A stretch of DNA of 63,655 nt, the filler included, from Octopus bimaculoides (Eukaryota), in assembly GCF_001194135.2 (NCBI RefSeq). It is 4 parts of 4 records of this genome, joined end to end, with 100 filler letters (N's around TTAATTAATTAA, not from the genome) between each part and the next. Parts side by side here need not be neighbours in the genome. Positions count along the whole stretch, not along the records: positions 23,116 to 40,173 come from NC_069006.1; positions 40,274 to 54,392 come from NC_068993.1; 2 more parts are not named here. One strand, given 5' to 3'. Shown here in pieces: positions 38,364 to 51,171 of this stretch. The position numbers and the translations under genes are program-made. Below the pieces are notes generated by a model. That model did not search any database. It was not told the DNA's origin and worked only from the letters and a program-made list of their open reading frames with translations. Position 1 is the first letter of the stretch, and every line of letters starts with the position of its first letter.

Positions 38364-39100
38364 CTTTATATAAATATTAACGAAGAAAATGGACTAAACA
38401 ATTCGTTTAATTGCGTAATACAACAATTGTTTCATTGACACTTTGCCAGCAGATTATCGCTAGAATATTAAATAGTATACTAAATAATACATCAAATCAG
38501 TATTATTTCAGTAACACTGGGAAATATCAAGTTTTCAGATATATGTATAATGCGCTTTACACACTCACACACACGCAGGTAATTTGTAGCACGTGGTTAC
38601 ATTTGAGAAGAGAAGAGCCTGCAGTAAGGATTCAATACTAGGGAGGCGTGAATATTATCTTACATAAATAAATAAATACCTTACAATCCCATAAATGTTT
38701 CAATGCTAAAAACGTGTTCTCCTTTGAGAAACTGCTTTGCCTTTCAAACATTTGAAACATATTATACTTTATACACACACACAAGCACACACACACACAC
38801 AGAGTCACTCACACGTGGGAGAGAGAGACCAAAGTAGAGATGCCCTCTCATAAATGTCAGCATGAATTATCAGCTTACATGTGTTTAGACATTAGATATA
38901 GGTGTTAATATCAATAGGAATGATTATAAAGCAGACACACGCAAAAACAGGCATAAATGTCAGCGCTTGTGCGCGTGAGTACGTGCAGTGTCTGTGTGTG
39001 TTTGTGTGCGTGTGTGTGTACGTGTGAAAGTAATATTTATAATTAGAGAAGGATGGATATACTGATGCAAAGAGTGATTGATAGATTATATGTCGTTTTA

Positions 39101-39148
39101 TCACAACTGTCTGATGAACGATCACATGAAACTCTGAACAGTTTGTGA
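39101..39148 (+). ncRNA. Type I hammerhead-like motif with damaged cleavage triplet
   Basis: Stem I TCACAACTGT/ACAGTT(T)GTGA (10 bp, one bulge); CTGATGA 39111-17; stem II ACG-ATCA-CAT (one mismatch); GAAAC 39128-32; then TCTGA rather than ...GTH. Confidence 0.55.
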
Positions 39149-39329
39149 ATTTCTTCGGCTGTGATGAAATATATATATAATATATATATATACATATGTA
39201 TGTATATATGTATGTATGGCTGGATGGATATATTGATAGATACATACATACATAGGCAAAACAAACATACATGTATGTATGTATGTATGTATTTTATCAT
39301 GTTAAACTGTTAATCCCCACACAATTTTT

Positions 39330-39510
39330 CTCTCTCTGTTTTTTTTTTTTTTCGTTCTCTATTTTTTGCCCTTTTCAATCCTTTCCGTCGAAGAGCGTAG
39401 GCTCGAAACGTCACAGACTTTTCCATTCTTCCCGAGCGTCAGACTAATACACCTACTTGTTGTTCCCTTACCTGCCTTCATCTATTGTTTTCTGTAAATT
39501 CGAACTATGT
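39330..39510 (+). mobile_element. Penelope-like short repeat with degenerate hammerhead-like motif
   Basis: CCGTCGA-A-GAGC-GTAG-GCTC-GAAAC-GTC at 39385-39412: perfect stem II, GAAAC and GUC, but mutated CUGANGA box. Confidence 0.5.
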
Positions 39511-40020
39511 ATATATGCATGCATTTCCGTATGTATGTCATGGGGGCAAAGTGTGAAGGAAAAAATAAATAGATCTGTGACATAGAAATAGGTAGAGTCA
39601 ACGATCGAGCATGTGTACGTGTGTGTGCGAAACAGAAAGTGGAAGTGACACTTGGAAACCGAGTTAGTATATATGTGGTCGTGGAAAGGAAGCTGAATGT
39701 AGTGTTGTGGCGGTAGTGGTGGTGATTGTGGTAGTAGAGCCGGATCGCGATTGTAGTGCTTTAGTAGGTGCGGTGGTTGTGGCAGTGCTGTTGTAGTTGT
39801 TGTTGTAGTTGTAGCTACATAATATATGACATCCGTTGTCTAAATGATATCAACGAGTCTTGCAATATGTCAACAAGAATTACAGCAGCATTTCTTGATT
39901 TCTACTCAATAATACAATCAACACTGAAACTTCATGTAGAGTGTGAGTGTGTGAGTGTGTGCGCGCGCAACAAACGATCAGATACACACACATACATTTA
40001 CATGTGTATTACATATGTGC

Positions 40021-40059
<39 letters not shown>

Positions 40060-40173
40060 ACGACATATGATAAATGTGTGTGTGGATGTATATATTTATG
40101 TATCTATATATGCATATTTATTATAAATATATATGACTATATATTATATTCTTTTATATGTTTCAGCTCTGAG

Positions 40174-40273
40174 NNNNNNNNNNNNNNNNNNNNNNNNNNN
40201 NNNNNNNNNNNNNNNNNTTAATTAATTAANNNNNNNNNNNNNNNNNNNNNNNNNNNNNNNNNNNNNNNNNNNN
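40174..40273. other. Artificial assembly spacer 44N-TTAATTAATTAA-44N
   Basis: 12-mer at 40218-40229. Confidence 0.95.
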
Positions 40274-40419
40274 AATGAGCAGGAGTTATTGGCTGAAATT
40301 AAATCAGCTTGAAAATACACGATCACTTTATTAAATTTATTCTCGAGCTAAGCCCGAACAGCCCGAGTGCCGGAGTTGCTACTGATACACACACACACAT
40401 ATATATACATATACCTTAT

Positions 40420-40575
40420 CTTCGAAACGTCGAGTTAGAATAGAGGCAGCTGATGAAGGAATAATTCCAAGTGGCTATCTGTTTTCCTATATGTTCGTTC
40501 CGTTGTCTGTAGTTCATTGTTCTAACGTCCTGTACCCTGATATGCATCTATATACACATGTAGATGTAAGTATGT
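40420..40575 (+). mobile_element. Penelope-like short repeat, same family as 15240-15400
   Basis: cttcgaaacgtc...gcagctgatgaagg...cgtcctgtaccctgatatgcatc...acatgtagatg. Confidence 0.55.
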
Positions 40576-40614
40576 ACATATATGTGTGTATACATGCATA
40601 TATATTCTTTGTAT

Positions 40615-41374
40615 TATATATACTCCTTTGCAATCCCACCAGATACAGAGAAGAACCTTTTTTCCATGAAGTTCCCTTCCCTGTTGTGGTTGAGCTGTTT
40701 CTCTTTTACCAAGCCACTGTTTACGACGTTTAACATTTCAATAGAAGGTCTATTTTTCGTCACCAGTCACAAGTCTATTCAAAAAGGGGGAAATGAATTC
40801 GCGAGAATGGAAAGAAGAGCAGATGTCAACACGGGATTTGCGGTTGCTTTCGGACAATTCATGAGGCACCCATTTTCCAAGTTTAGGAACCTTTCTAAGT
40901 TGTTGAAAATGACGATGAACAGTTGTATGGTTTGAACTAAGCTTTATTGCCAATTATTCAACTGATAATGCAGGATTTTCTTCAAGTAATGCCTCAAGGA
41001 GCTTATCATCAAACTCAATTGGACGTCCTGTTCGATCTTCATCTTCAAGGCTGAAATCTGCACTTCTGAATTTTGCGAACAATCTTCTGCAAGTTCTTTC
41101 ATTCAAGCATTCTTTCCCATAAACTGAATGTATGTTTCGAGTCGCTTCGGCTGCAGAGTTTCCTTTTTTGTACTCATAAAGCATTATGTGCCTTAAATGC
41201 TCTTTGGATACTTCCATGTTAGAAAAGGGTTTTAATCAAATAAATTTTAATTCTATTATTCTATAAGATAATATTTAATTAGTTTAATGCATAAAAATAA
41301 TTTTAAATTCCATTAGACATTCTAAAATACTATTAAATGGTAAAATCGAACAGAACTTATGGGATGACTCGATA
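40615..41374 (-). mobile_element. 3'-truncated mariner transposon with intact 5' TIR and little decay
   Basis: ATG at 41217: MEVSKEHLRHIMLYEYKKGNSAAEATRNI...EDEDRTGRP..., KLGKWVPHELSE, LVTGDEK*, KKVLLCIWWDCKGV. TIR TAtcgagtcatcccataagttctg ending at 41374. Second and third catalytic Asp lost. Confidence 0.93.
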
Positions 41375-41950
41375 TATTAGTTAGGGTATGAAGTACAAAA
41401 TATGTATATATTATACATACAAAACGAGAGAAAGAAAAAGGTGGAGACTTTCAGATGATGAATTTTTAAGTATAAACATATAGATATATATAAAGGGCAT
41501 TACTACAGAATAATGCCACACACCAAACTTCCCAAATAAGCACATTTTAGTACCGAGGGCGAGGAAAAGCAACATGTGGATGTTCAGTTTTGGTTAAATC
41601 AGAATAAATATTTTAGATGTGCTGCGGCCTAGCGTGGCAGAACCGTTTAAATAACGGCTCCGTTCTGAAGGCTGGAAAAGTAGATATCACTTCGTAATGA
41701 AAGAACACCGTGTATCGAACATCTCAGAACTAAGTTGTAGTTTTTATGCCTTTTTCTTGAGGCCTCAGATATGTCCAAGTAGAATAAGTTATACAAATCA
41801 TTTACAAGTGAAGACCATTTTTATCTTCGGTGGAATCCAAGTCATAGTTGTTTAATGTTTACTTGCCGTTGCTTGTCTCATGGTTGTGCGTCTTTCCAAG
41901 GTGTGTTTAAGAGCTGAGGCAGTCACGTCTTGCTCGCTGTTAGCCGCGGT

Positions 41951-41952
<2 letters not shown>

Positions 41953-42025
<73 letters not shown>
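41953..42025. repeat. (GA)n microsatellite
   Basis: Direct. Confidence 0.95.
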
Positions 42026-42026
<1 letters not shown>

Positions 42027-42690
42027 GAGTCCCAGAATTTCAAAGTTACACGGTGAGCTATTGAGGTAGCTTCCGTTAGAGGAGGTAACTGCGTCTACAT
42101 ATTCACAAGTTTAACTGAGTAGAATGGTCTATCGATTGACCATATTTAGTGATCTCCTTCTCAATAGTAACCCTGACTTCATCGATATTTGGGCAGAGAT
42201 CATCGTCTCTGGTGTGAGAGGCGAGGTAAAATTTTTGGCGACCTCCTGGCTCTCACTGCTTGCAATTCAGTTCTCTACACTCTTATGTTGGCCAGCTGTC
42301 ATTTTCACCACCATATTTATGATCTGAATTTTTCAATATTTTTCTTATTCGTTGTAAAAAGCATAACCCCAATTAGAGTGAGAACACAGAGGTTATAGAA
42401 GTAACAAAACTCTCGTGCTGATATTGGTTCCGCAACAAAAACGATTATAAAGATTAACATCTAATCCTGAAGACAAACTTTTTTTTTTTATTTATTTACG
42501 CTCAAAATAAAACATCCTATATCTAACACAGGCACAAGACCATACCTTTAGAGGAAGGTGACAAAATTGACTTCAGTGGGATATGAACAGCGCTGGAGCA
42601 AATATTGCAAGGTATTCTAGTCGACGCTTTAACGACTTTGTCGTTACTCAATAGCGGAAACAACACTTAGGCTGTTGTTGTTGTTGCTGT

Positions 42691-42737
<47 letters not shown>

Positions 42738-43463
42738 TTGAGGATGATGATGATGATGATGATTATCTATGATGATATCGAGAAAAGAAAAATGGGATGA
42801 TTGTTTGGAACAAGGTACAACGAAAATTTTTTTCGAAATTGTAACAGGAAGCTTGTTACTACAGTGAGTTACATGTACGACGGCGACCGATATCAGAAGA
42901 CCAGGACTGAAGTATATTGCTTATATAATAAATGTTACCACAAACTAACTTGGTAGTACTGCTGTTGATTTAGAAGGTGAGACAAAAACAGAAAACGATG
43001 AATAAACAACGAGAGAGAGAGAGAGAGAGGGGAGATAGAGAGAGGGGGGGTGAGAGAGAAGGGCAGATGGGAAAGAAGAAGCAGGTAGAATAATAATAGT
43101 AACTGTGAGTTTATACAAACCAACCGAGCCAACGTATGGAAGCCATTAAGGAACAAGAAAAAAAAAAAGAAAGTAAAAAAAGAGAAAACGTTTTAAGACT
43201 GACAGTGAAAAATAAACATTTCAGCTGCATTAAACGGAACCTGTGAATATTTCATGTGTTGAGGCAAGAAGGATTCACCAAGCGTATCGTGTGTCTGAAA
43301 ATTATTTCTTTATTTAATGTTTTTGTTTGTCTGCAACTACAGTCAGTCTATTGGCTTAAATCTAGGTCGCAGTTCTATTTGCAGTAGACTTCCAAAAGTC
43401 TTTTGGTAGGTGATAGAAATTAGAAATAGGTTCTGTTCAAATAAGAACAGCAATCATTTTCTT

Positions 43464-43518
<55 letters not shown>

Positions 43519-43917
43519 TAATAATAATAATAATAATAACGCCATAGGAAAAGGGTTTAGGTTACTTTTGATATTCAACACGCTGTATATTATAACTGCT
43601 AAGATCAGTTAAAATGATTTCCACCGTGTCATGAAGAAGAAAAAGAATATTGTTTGTGTGTATATGTGTGTATGTATATATGTAAGTATGTATTTATGTA
43701 TGTATGTATGTATGCATGTATGTATATATGTTTTTAGGTATGTATGCGCATACATTCATACATGCACGCTCCCGTGCTCACGCACACACACACATACATA
43801 TATATATACATATACTCACACATATATTGGCATTTTGTGTGTGTAAACTTATGTATAAAAATATGTGGGTGGAAATATATGAGTGTGTCTGTACATAATT
43901 ACATACACGCATACATG

Positions 43918-44009
<92 letters not shown>

Positions 44010-44215
44010 ATATACATGCAGGCACACAAACAGCGGCAAAAGCATTCATTCATAAATATATACATATATAAATAATTATATGAGCACACAAAAGGATTCA
44101 TTCACATACACAACCACACACACACACACACATGCACACTGATACATATATAATGAAAAGGAACGAAAGGAAGTTATGAATAGAGGCAAAAAGAGAGAGA
44201 GAGAGAGAGAGAGAT

Positions 44216-44247
<32 letters not shown>

Positions 44248-44639
44248 GGAGATGAGGGGGAGAGAAGAAAAATGATATTGTTGGAACTAAATGTAAAACA
44301 CACACATACACACACACACACAAGCAAAAATAAACGAACGTAAGCACAAATGAAAGAAAGAGTAAGGAGAAAGATAGCCGGGATGAAAGAAAGTAAACAT
44401 CAACAAAGGCCACAATAACAATAACAACCGAATTTTTTTTATTAAGCGATTTGTCTCTATTTTGATAATATAACTTTTTCAAGTGGGACAGAAATGATGT
44501 GGAGTGGGAGATAATTAGAGAGGGTTAAGTGAATGTTATAAGCAAATACAGTTGTACTCGAGGGACGATGATTGACGGAGCAAACATTTATCACTCGATT
44601 TTCTGGTATGTCTAATGGGTAAGTGACAGATCTTTTGTC

Positions 44640-44960
44640 ACCGCTCCCATGACCAAGATGAAACCCTAATTATTGGCCAACGAAGCAAGCTCCTGCATGA
44701 CGTTCAATCTGCTAGAAATAGCTGTCATACCTCTCCCAACTCACACTGCTCCATCTTAAAAGAGATCAGCAAAAGTACGATATGCTGGACATCTTTATTA
44801 CTTTCTCAAAAAAATGTATATCCATTAGATATTGTGCTCGAGATCTACTAGTTTTGATAAAATAATAATAATAAGAAGAATAAAAATAAAATGCATCAGA
44901 AAATGGGATGGTCATGGCTGGATTGCGTAAGATTAAGAATTTGCTCGATCGGGGTTGGCT
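44640..44960. mobile_element. Unclassified interspersed repeat, related in reverse orientation to about 500-590
   Basis: gggatggtcatggctggattgcg...tttgctcgatcggggttggcttgagg vs aggcctgtccagactgagcagacc...atggccatctcgtc. Confidence 0.4.
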
Positions 44961-45371
44961 TGAGGATAAGAAATACCAAAGTCATAAATAAAAGCACGTG
45001 TCGAAAAACAATCGCTTTATTCCATTAAAATGTCCAACTTCAGCATACGAAGCATAGCTGTCAACGTACGTATTTATTGCATATGGCTGCCGGCCAGACT
45101 TCAATCAACGTGTGTTATAATGTATCTTGGTTGGAAGTATCAATCTAGAGCAACGAATAACTATAAGAGGTCAACAACAACAACAACAGCAAAGATAGTT
45201 TCATACATTGCTTGAAAGCTCCATATTCGTAGAAATGATGAAATCGACACAAATCTATATAATATGGAATGCTTTTGTTGATACTACTGGAGTAAAAGAC
45301 AAATCTATTCACTTTAGTATCACATGGAGAATTGGAGCACGGAACACAACAGAGGTTTTAGATTATATTAC

Positions 45372-45521
45372 ATACAGGCACAGCGTGGGTATGTAGTAAG
45401 AAGCTTGCTTCCCAACCACGTGGTTCCAGGTTCAGTCCCACTGTGTGGCATCTTGGGCAAGTATGCTCTACTGTAGCTTCTGGCCTACCAAATCCTTGTA
45501 AGTAGATTTGGTAGACAGAAA
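45372..45521 (+). mobile_element. SINE family A, 5' half
   Basis: gtagtaagaagcttgcttcccaaccacgtggttccaggttcagtcccactgtgtggcatcttgggcaagt. Confidence 0.85.
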
Positions 45522-46020
45522 GGCAACAGCTATGATCTTCTTTTGCAGGGACAGGGAATATTTGATGAAAGAAGGGTTGCTTTCTATGGATATATATATA
45601 TATATATATANNNNNNNNNNNNNNNNNNNNNNNNNNNNNNNNNNNNNNNNNNNNNNNNNNNNNNNNNNNNNNNNNNNNNNNNNNNNNNNNNNNNNNNNNN
45701 NNNNNNNNNNNNNNNNNNNNNNNNNNNNNNNNNNNNNNNNNNNNNNNNNNNNNNNNNNNNNNNNNNNNNNNNNNNNNNNNNNNNNNNNNNNNNNNNNNNN
45801 NNNNNNNNNNNNNNNNNNNNNNNNNNNNNNNNNNNNNNNNNNNNNNNNNNNNNNNNNNNNNNNNNNNNNNNNNNNNNNNNNNNNNNNNNNNNNNNNNNNN
45901 NNNNNNNNNNNNNNNATATATATATATATATACATACATATATATATATATGCGCTTAGTGATGCAAACAAGAAAATAGAAGTTAAAACATGAGTATATA
46001 TAAATTTTTAGTAGTAATGA

Positions 46021-46162
46021 CCAGCAAGTCGACTTTGCCTTTCATCCTTTCGAGATCGATAAAATAAGTACCAGAGGTACTTATGAGCTGTGAGATCAAT
46101 GTGATCGATTACCTCCTCCTCCTCTCAACATTTCAGGCCTTTTCCTGTATTAAAAAAAGTTA
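46021..46162 (+). mobile_element. SINE family B, headless copy
   Basis: gtcgactttgcctttcatcctttcgagatcgataaaataagtaccag...gatcaatgtgatcgatt...atttcaggcctt. Confidence 0.85.
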
Positions 46163-48406
46163 TTAATAACCGGCAGAAGTTACAAAGCGACTCAAAACCC
46201 AAGAATTGCGCTCACCAAACGCATGAATATGTGAGAGACGACTCTTATGATAAAATGCGATCTCTCTATATTACTCTACTGTTGCAGGGAAATATCAACC
46301 ACTTGGGAATTTCAAATCAGGATGTAGTGGGAGTAAACTAATTACGGTATGGTATTAAGTCCTGTGCTCCACAGGTTTGGTTGATATAAGGAAGTTTAAC
46401 CGAAAGAAGGAACAATAATAACCTCACTAATATCTTTCACACTATTTCTCACTACTGCTACTAAGACCACCACCACCACCACCACCACCACCACCGCTGC
46501 CNNNNNNNNNNNNNNNNNNNNNNNNNNNNNNNNNNNNNNNNNNNNNNNNNNNNNNNNNNNNNNNNNNNNNNNNNNNNNNNNNNNNNNNNNNNNNNNNNNN
46601 NNNNNNNNNNNNNNNNNNNNNNNNNNNNNNNNNNNNNNNNNNNNNNNNNNNNNNNNNNNNNNNNNNNNNNNNNNNNNNNNNNNNNNNNNNNNNNNNNNNN
46701 NNNNNNNNNNNNNNNNNNNNNNNNNNNCAGCGCCACCAGTACCATCGCCTCCGCCACCACCTATCCCATCACCACCACCACCACCACACATGCCCCTCCC
46801 CACCGTCATACAACCATTTCTCTCTCTTCCTTCACTCTTTCACTCTTCTATCTCCTCTCTTTCACTCAACCTCTCTCTTCCACTATCCCCTCTCTCTCTC
46901 CCTCCTTCTTTCTCCACTCTTCCTCTCTCTTTCACTCTCCCCTCTCACTATGGATTCTATTGGTAATCCAAACATCTAGTCGTGTCACATTATGTGCTAC
47001 AAGGGAAAATAACGTTTAAGTGTCCGAGTATTCCACAGACATGTGTAGCCTTGATGTAATTTTCAGCCGGACCAGAGAGACACAGATCACTGACACTCAA
47101 CAATGGCGGCGGTAATCGCTAAAAATATAACTCACTCAAGTCAGATTTTGTCCGGTTTATCCAGTATCTCTATATCCGGCTTTACGGAGTATCTTTTAAC
47201 GAGGGTACTCTATATCTCCCTGAATTTCTGAGATGCAGAATTATCATATATTGTCGGATTAATATCCCTATCCTAATTTTCATTGCTTTAATAATTCGAC
47301 CGTGGTACTCTTCAAGTGACTACTGTATTCGATAAATTCTTAGAATTTGAGACTGAATCCTTTCATCAACCCACGGTGTTAGATTGCTTTCATTGTGTTG
47401 TCTACACAAGGGATAATCTCGGATTAGTTATTATTGTACTATTATTGCTGCAGACACAAACTGCTTGAAGCATCTGATGACTATAAGATCCTGAATATAG
47501 TTGACAATTGAAGTGGAAAAGTATAACTTCCCTGGGTATTTTAATAGCTCTCTCTGTCTCTCTCTGTCTCTCTCTCTCTGTGTCTCTCTTTCTGTCTCTG
47601 TCTCTCTCTGTCTCTGTCTCTCTTTCTCTCTCTGTCTCTCATACACATACTGTAGATCACGGCATTTGTGTATTGTAAATCCACGACCAACAGCTGAACT
47701 TTCATTCCCACCATTCATACAATGTGAAGAAAAAAATCGTTTGTGGTTCACGTCATCGAGCAAAGCTTTTGAGTGGCAATCCAGACATGAGACAATCAGG
47801 ATTTTGAAAGACCCTTTAGAAAATAACGATGGACATGCAAGCATAACATCAGGTTCAAGAGCCTGAAACTTGATAGAAGTTGAGAACGTTTGTCAAAAAA
47901 ACTGCCACAATCTTTCTACATAACATTAAGGGGATGACGAAAAGAAATTTCTGGAAATCTAGAGTTTACACAGAATCATTATTTCATTTATGTATAAATA
48001 TACACACAGACAATATGCTGTCATAACAAAACGCAAACACAAACACGCAAAGCTATCATGGCTTATCAACTTGCGATAAAACCTGTCTTCTCTCCTACCA
48101 AAAAAAGTTCGTAATGTAAAAAACACATTGAACTTCTAACGTTAATGTCTTCATGTTTATTCATTTTTTACTGACAATGTTTATTACAGTCACCAAGATA
48201 TGATGAATGAATGCGATAATAAAACTTAAAATAGAAAATTAGCTTTCATATTCATCACATTTCCTATCTTTTCTTTTTTTTTTGGTGATCCTCAAACATG
48301 TACAGTCTGCCTGACTGCCTGTCCGACCCTTAATACATGCACGCGCACGCCTCACATACTCTTATGTATATACTTACACATATACGCACACACACTCACA
48401 CACACT

Positions 48407-48469
<63 letters not shown>

Positions 48470-48848
48470 NNNNNNNNNNNNNNNNNNNNNNNNNNNNNNN
48501 NNNNNNNNNNNNNNNNNNNNNNNNNNNNNNNNNNNNNNNNNNNNNNNNNNNNNNNNNNNNNNNNNNNNNNNNNNNNNNNNNNNNNNNNNNNNNNNNNNNN
48601 NNNNNNNNNNNNNNNNNNNNNNNNNNNNNNNNNNNNNNNNNNNNNNNNNNNNNNNNNNNNNNNNNNNNNNNNNNNNNNNNNNNNNNNNNNNNNNNNNNNN
48701 NNNNNNNNNNNNNNNNNNNNNNNNNNNNNNNNNNNNNNNNNNNNNNNNNNNNNNNNNNNNNNNNNNNNNNNNNNNNNNNNNNNNNNNNNNNNNNNNNNNN
48801 NNNNNNNNNNNNNNNNNNNNNNNNNNNNNNNNNNNNNNNNNNNNNNNN

Positions 48849-48898
<50 letters not shown>

Positions 48899-49648
48899 GC
48901 TTGTCTTTGATCTCTCCATTCGAACTGACTCTTTGGTAAAAGACACTCAAGATATCGCTCACTGGGATCGAACTAAGAACCTCATTGTTGTGAAGTAAAC
49001 ATCTTAACTATTGGCTACTACTAGTAATATACTGATTATACCACTTCTGTCAGAAAACTGTTTCTGCTTTTGTATCAAGCCCAAAAGGAACCAATGTAAG
49101 CAATTAGCATAGTAGCAATTAGTTATCAAGATTAATTTTTCACGGAGTAAAAAGACTAGTTATTCTCATGGATAGATTATAACCTGCTGAATTAACTCAA
49201 TCATTCTTATTTTTATGAGCCCTGAAGAAATGAATGATAATGTCTCCCCTCCAGGGATTCGAATTTGCATGTAGTGAGACGTTTAGTCCGGTGCTCTAAC
49301 GACGACCTAATTATCGTATTTGAACTGATTTATTCATTTATATAATTTCTGTGTATTTACAGTTTTTCAAAACCCAAATCGATGTGTTTGAAATGAAATA
49401 AATTTGAGATATTGAAGTCCAAAAGACCAGCAGTTCAGTCAAGTTACCGCCCTTACAAGATCACTACTCTTTAACAATTGAGAAAGCTATTGCAGCTTTG
49501 GGACTTGGATGCCGGCAAATGAACGTTCCTACAATAAAGCAGGTATGTTGGCGCTATGAATGGTAATTTATTTTCTCTTAATTCGTTTTGTTTTTCTTTT
49601 TCTCATACTTGTTGACCTCGTTTTATTTGCCATGGTTCACCAAAATCA

Positions 49649-49732
49649 AATGCAGTTTTTATTCAATGCAATTTTTATTCAATGCAGTTTTTATTCAATG
49701 CAATTTTTATTCAATGCAGTTTTTATTCAATG
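49649..49732. repeat. 16-bp tandem repeat, 5.25 units, alternating variants
   Basis: AATGCAGTTTTTATTC and AATGCAATTTTTATTC alternate G,A,G,A,G. Confidence 0.95.
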
Positions 49733-50029
49733 AAGGTTATAAAAAAATAACAAAGAAACAAAAAGGTATGTCAGTCAGCTTACACAGAAATCTAATGAAA
49801 CTTACTTGGAAAAAAGCTCTACAACAAGGTCATTGTTATTGCTAGTGTTATTCAAGTCATTTCTGACTGAATACTTCTCAGATAAATGTTATTCCAGCCA
49901 CGATCATCACAATTATTTAATGTTATGTAAGGCTAGATCATCTAGTATGGCGGCTTTTTTCCAGTGTGTGTGTGAGTGTACGTGNNNNNNNNNNNNNNNN
50001 NNNNNNNNNNNNNNNNNNNNNNNNNNNNN

Positions 50030-50081
<52 letters not shown>

Positions 50082-51060
50082 AGAGAGTGTAATTTGAGGA
50101 AGATTTTCCAGATGATAAAGCGACAAGTAAAGTTTTCGTCGTAAGTTTGTCTTGGTCATATTTTTTAAAAGGACAAAGTTTATAACCGATCGATATCGTG
50201 TCTCAGTATATCACAGGAAGTTTTTCATAAATGCATTCAGTTGAGAGTTCATTCGACTCGTTTCGGTTTAGTATCTTTTTCATATTATGGTTTAAAAAGC
50301 AATGCGTCTTACTCCTGACTTCCACTCCTTCGAAACCTAGCCAGAGTTAAATGAAGGCTTGGATTCAAAATTAAAACTTATATTTTGCCATAATTAGGCA
50401 GAAACAAATCTCGATAGTCTTGAAGGACAGATTTATACACTATAAAGGATTTAATCCAGTGGTCAAATCTTTTGGCTAATTAAGTGGTCACTTACAGAAG
50501 TAAATACTTTCTTCACACATTATGATGTTGTAGCGTTGTTGCTGGTGTTAATCCCATGACTATAATCAAATTCTTTCCCGCAGTAACAATCACCTCTCTT
50601 TATCCTTTACATAGTGTACCTCGGATTACATTATCCAATGCACTCTTCTTTTTGTCAAGGTGATAGTAGGATATTATATGATGAAGCGTCAATTATTATT
50701 ACTAGCACATAGAATGACCATATAGAGGAAACTATGTTAGATTGTAAAACTTCAGAATCCAGTGCTGCGAAGGTGTTAAAGGTACAGTCGGCACCAGATA
50801 GATGGAGAGACAAAACGTACTTATTAACAAAACGAAATTCAATGATGCGTCTACCTCGAGTCATTCTCCAGTCTCAACCATCAATTGCTTCCTTTGCATA
50901 AGCACACGCAGGATATAGTTCGAGTCGTAATCACTGTAGCTCAGCGGACTTTCATTTTCATTCATTTTAATTTTCACGTACAAATTAACACGTCTTTACA
51001 ATTGTCTTTTTACATGTGATGACACATAGTTTTACGGTTTCATGTGTACACACGTCACGA

Positions 51061-51098
<38 letters not shown>

Positions 51099-51119
51099 GC
51101 ATATAGATATAGATATATG

Positions 51120-51171
<52 letters not shown>

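Noticed and set aside
47465-47520. CTGATGA-CTATA...TATAG-TTGA-CAATTG hammerhead-like string
   Set aside because: No GAAA, no NUH and no helix I; it needs at least two deletions to fit.
47656-47900. Possible exon (tactgtAG acceptor) or Tc1-like remnant (ETIRILKDPL...)
   Set aside because: No frame gives a convincing protein, and the transposase resemblance needs several frameshifts.
49649-49732. CRISPR-like array (also considered 26502-26549 and 29935-30175)
   Set aside because: Contiguous tandem units with no unique spacers, no cas genes and a eukaryotic context.
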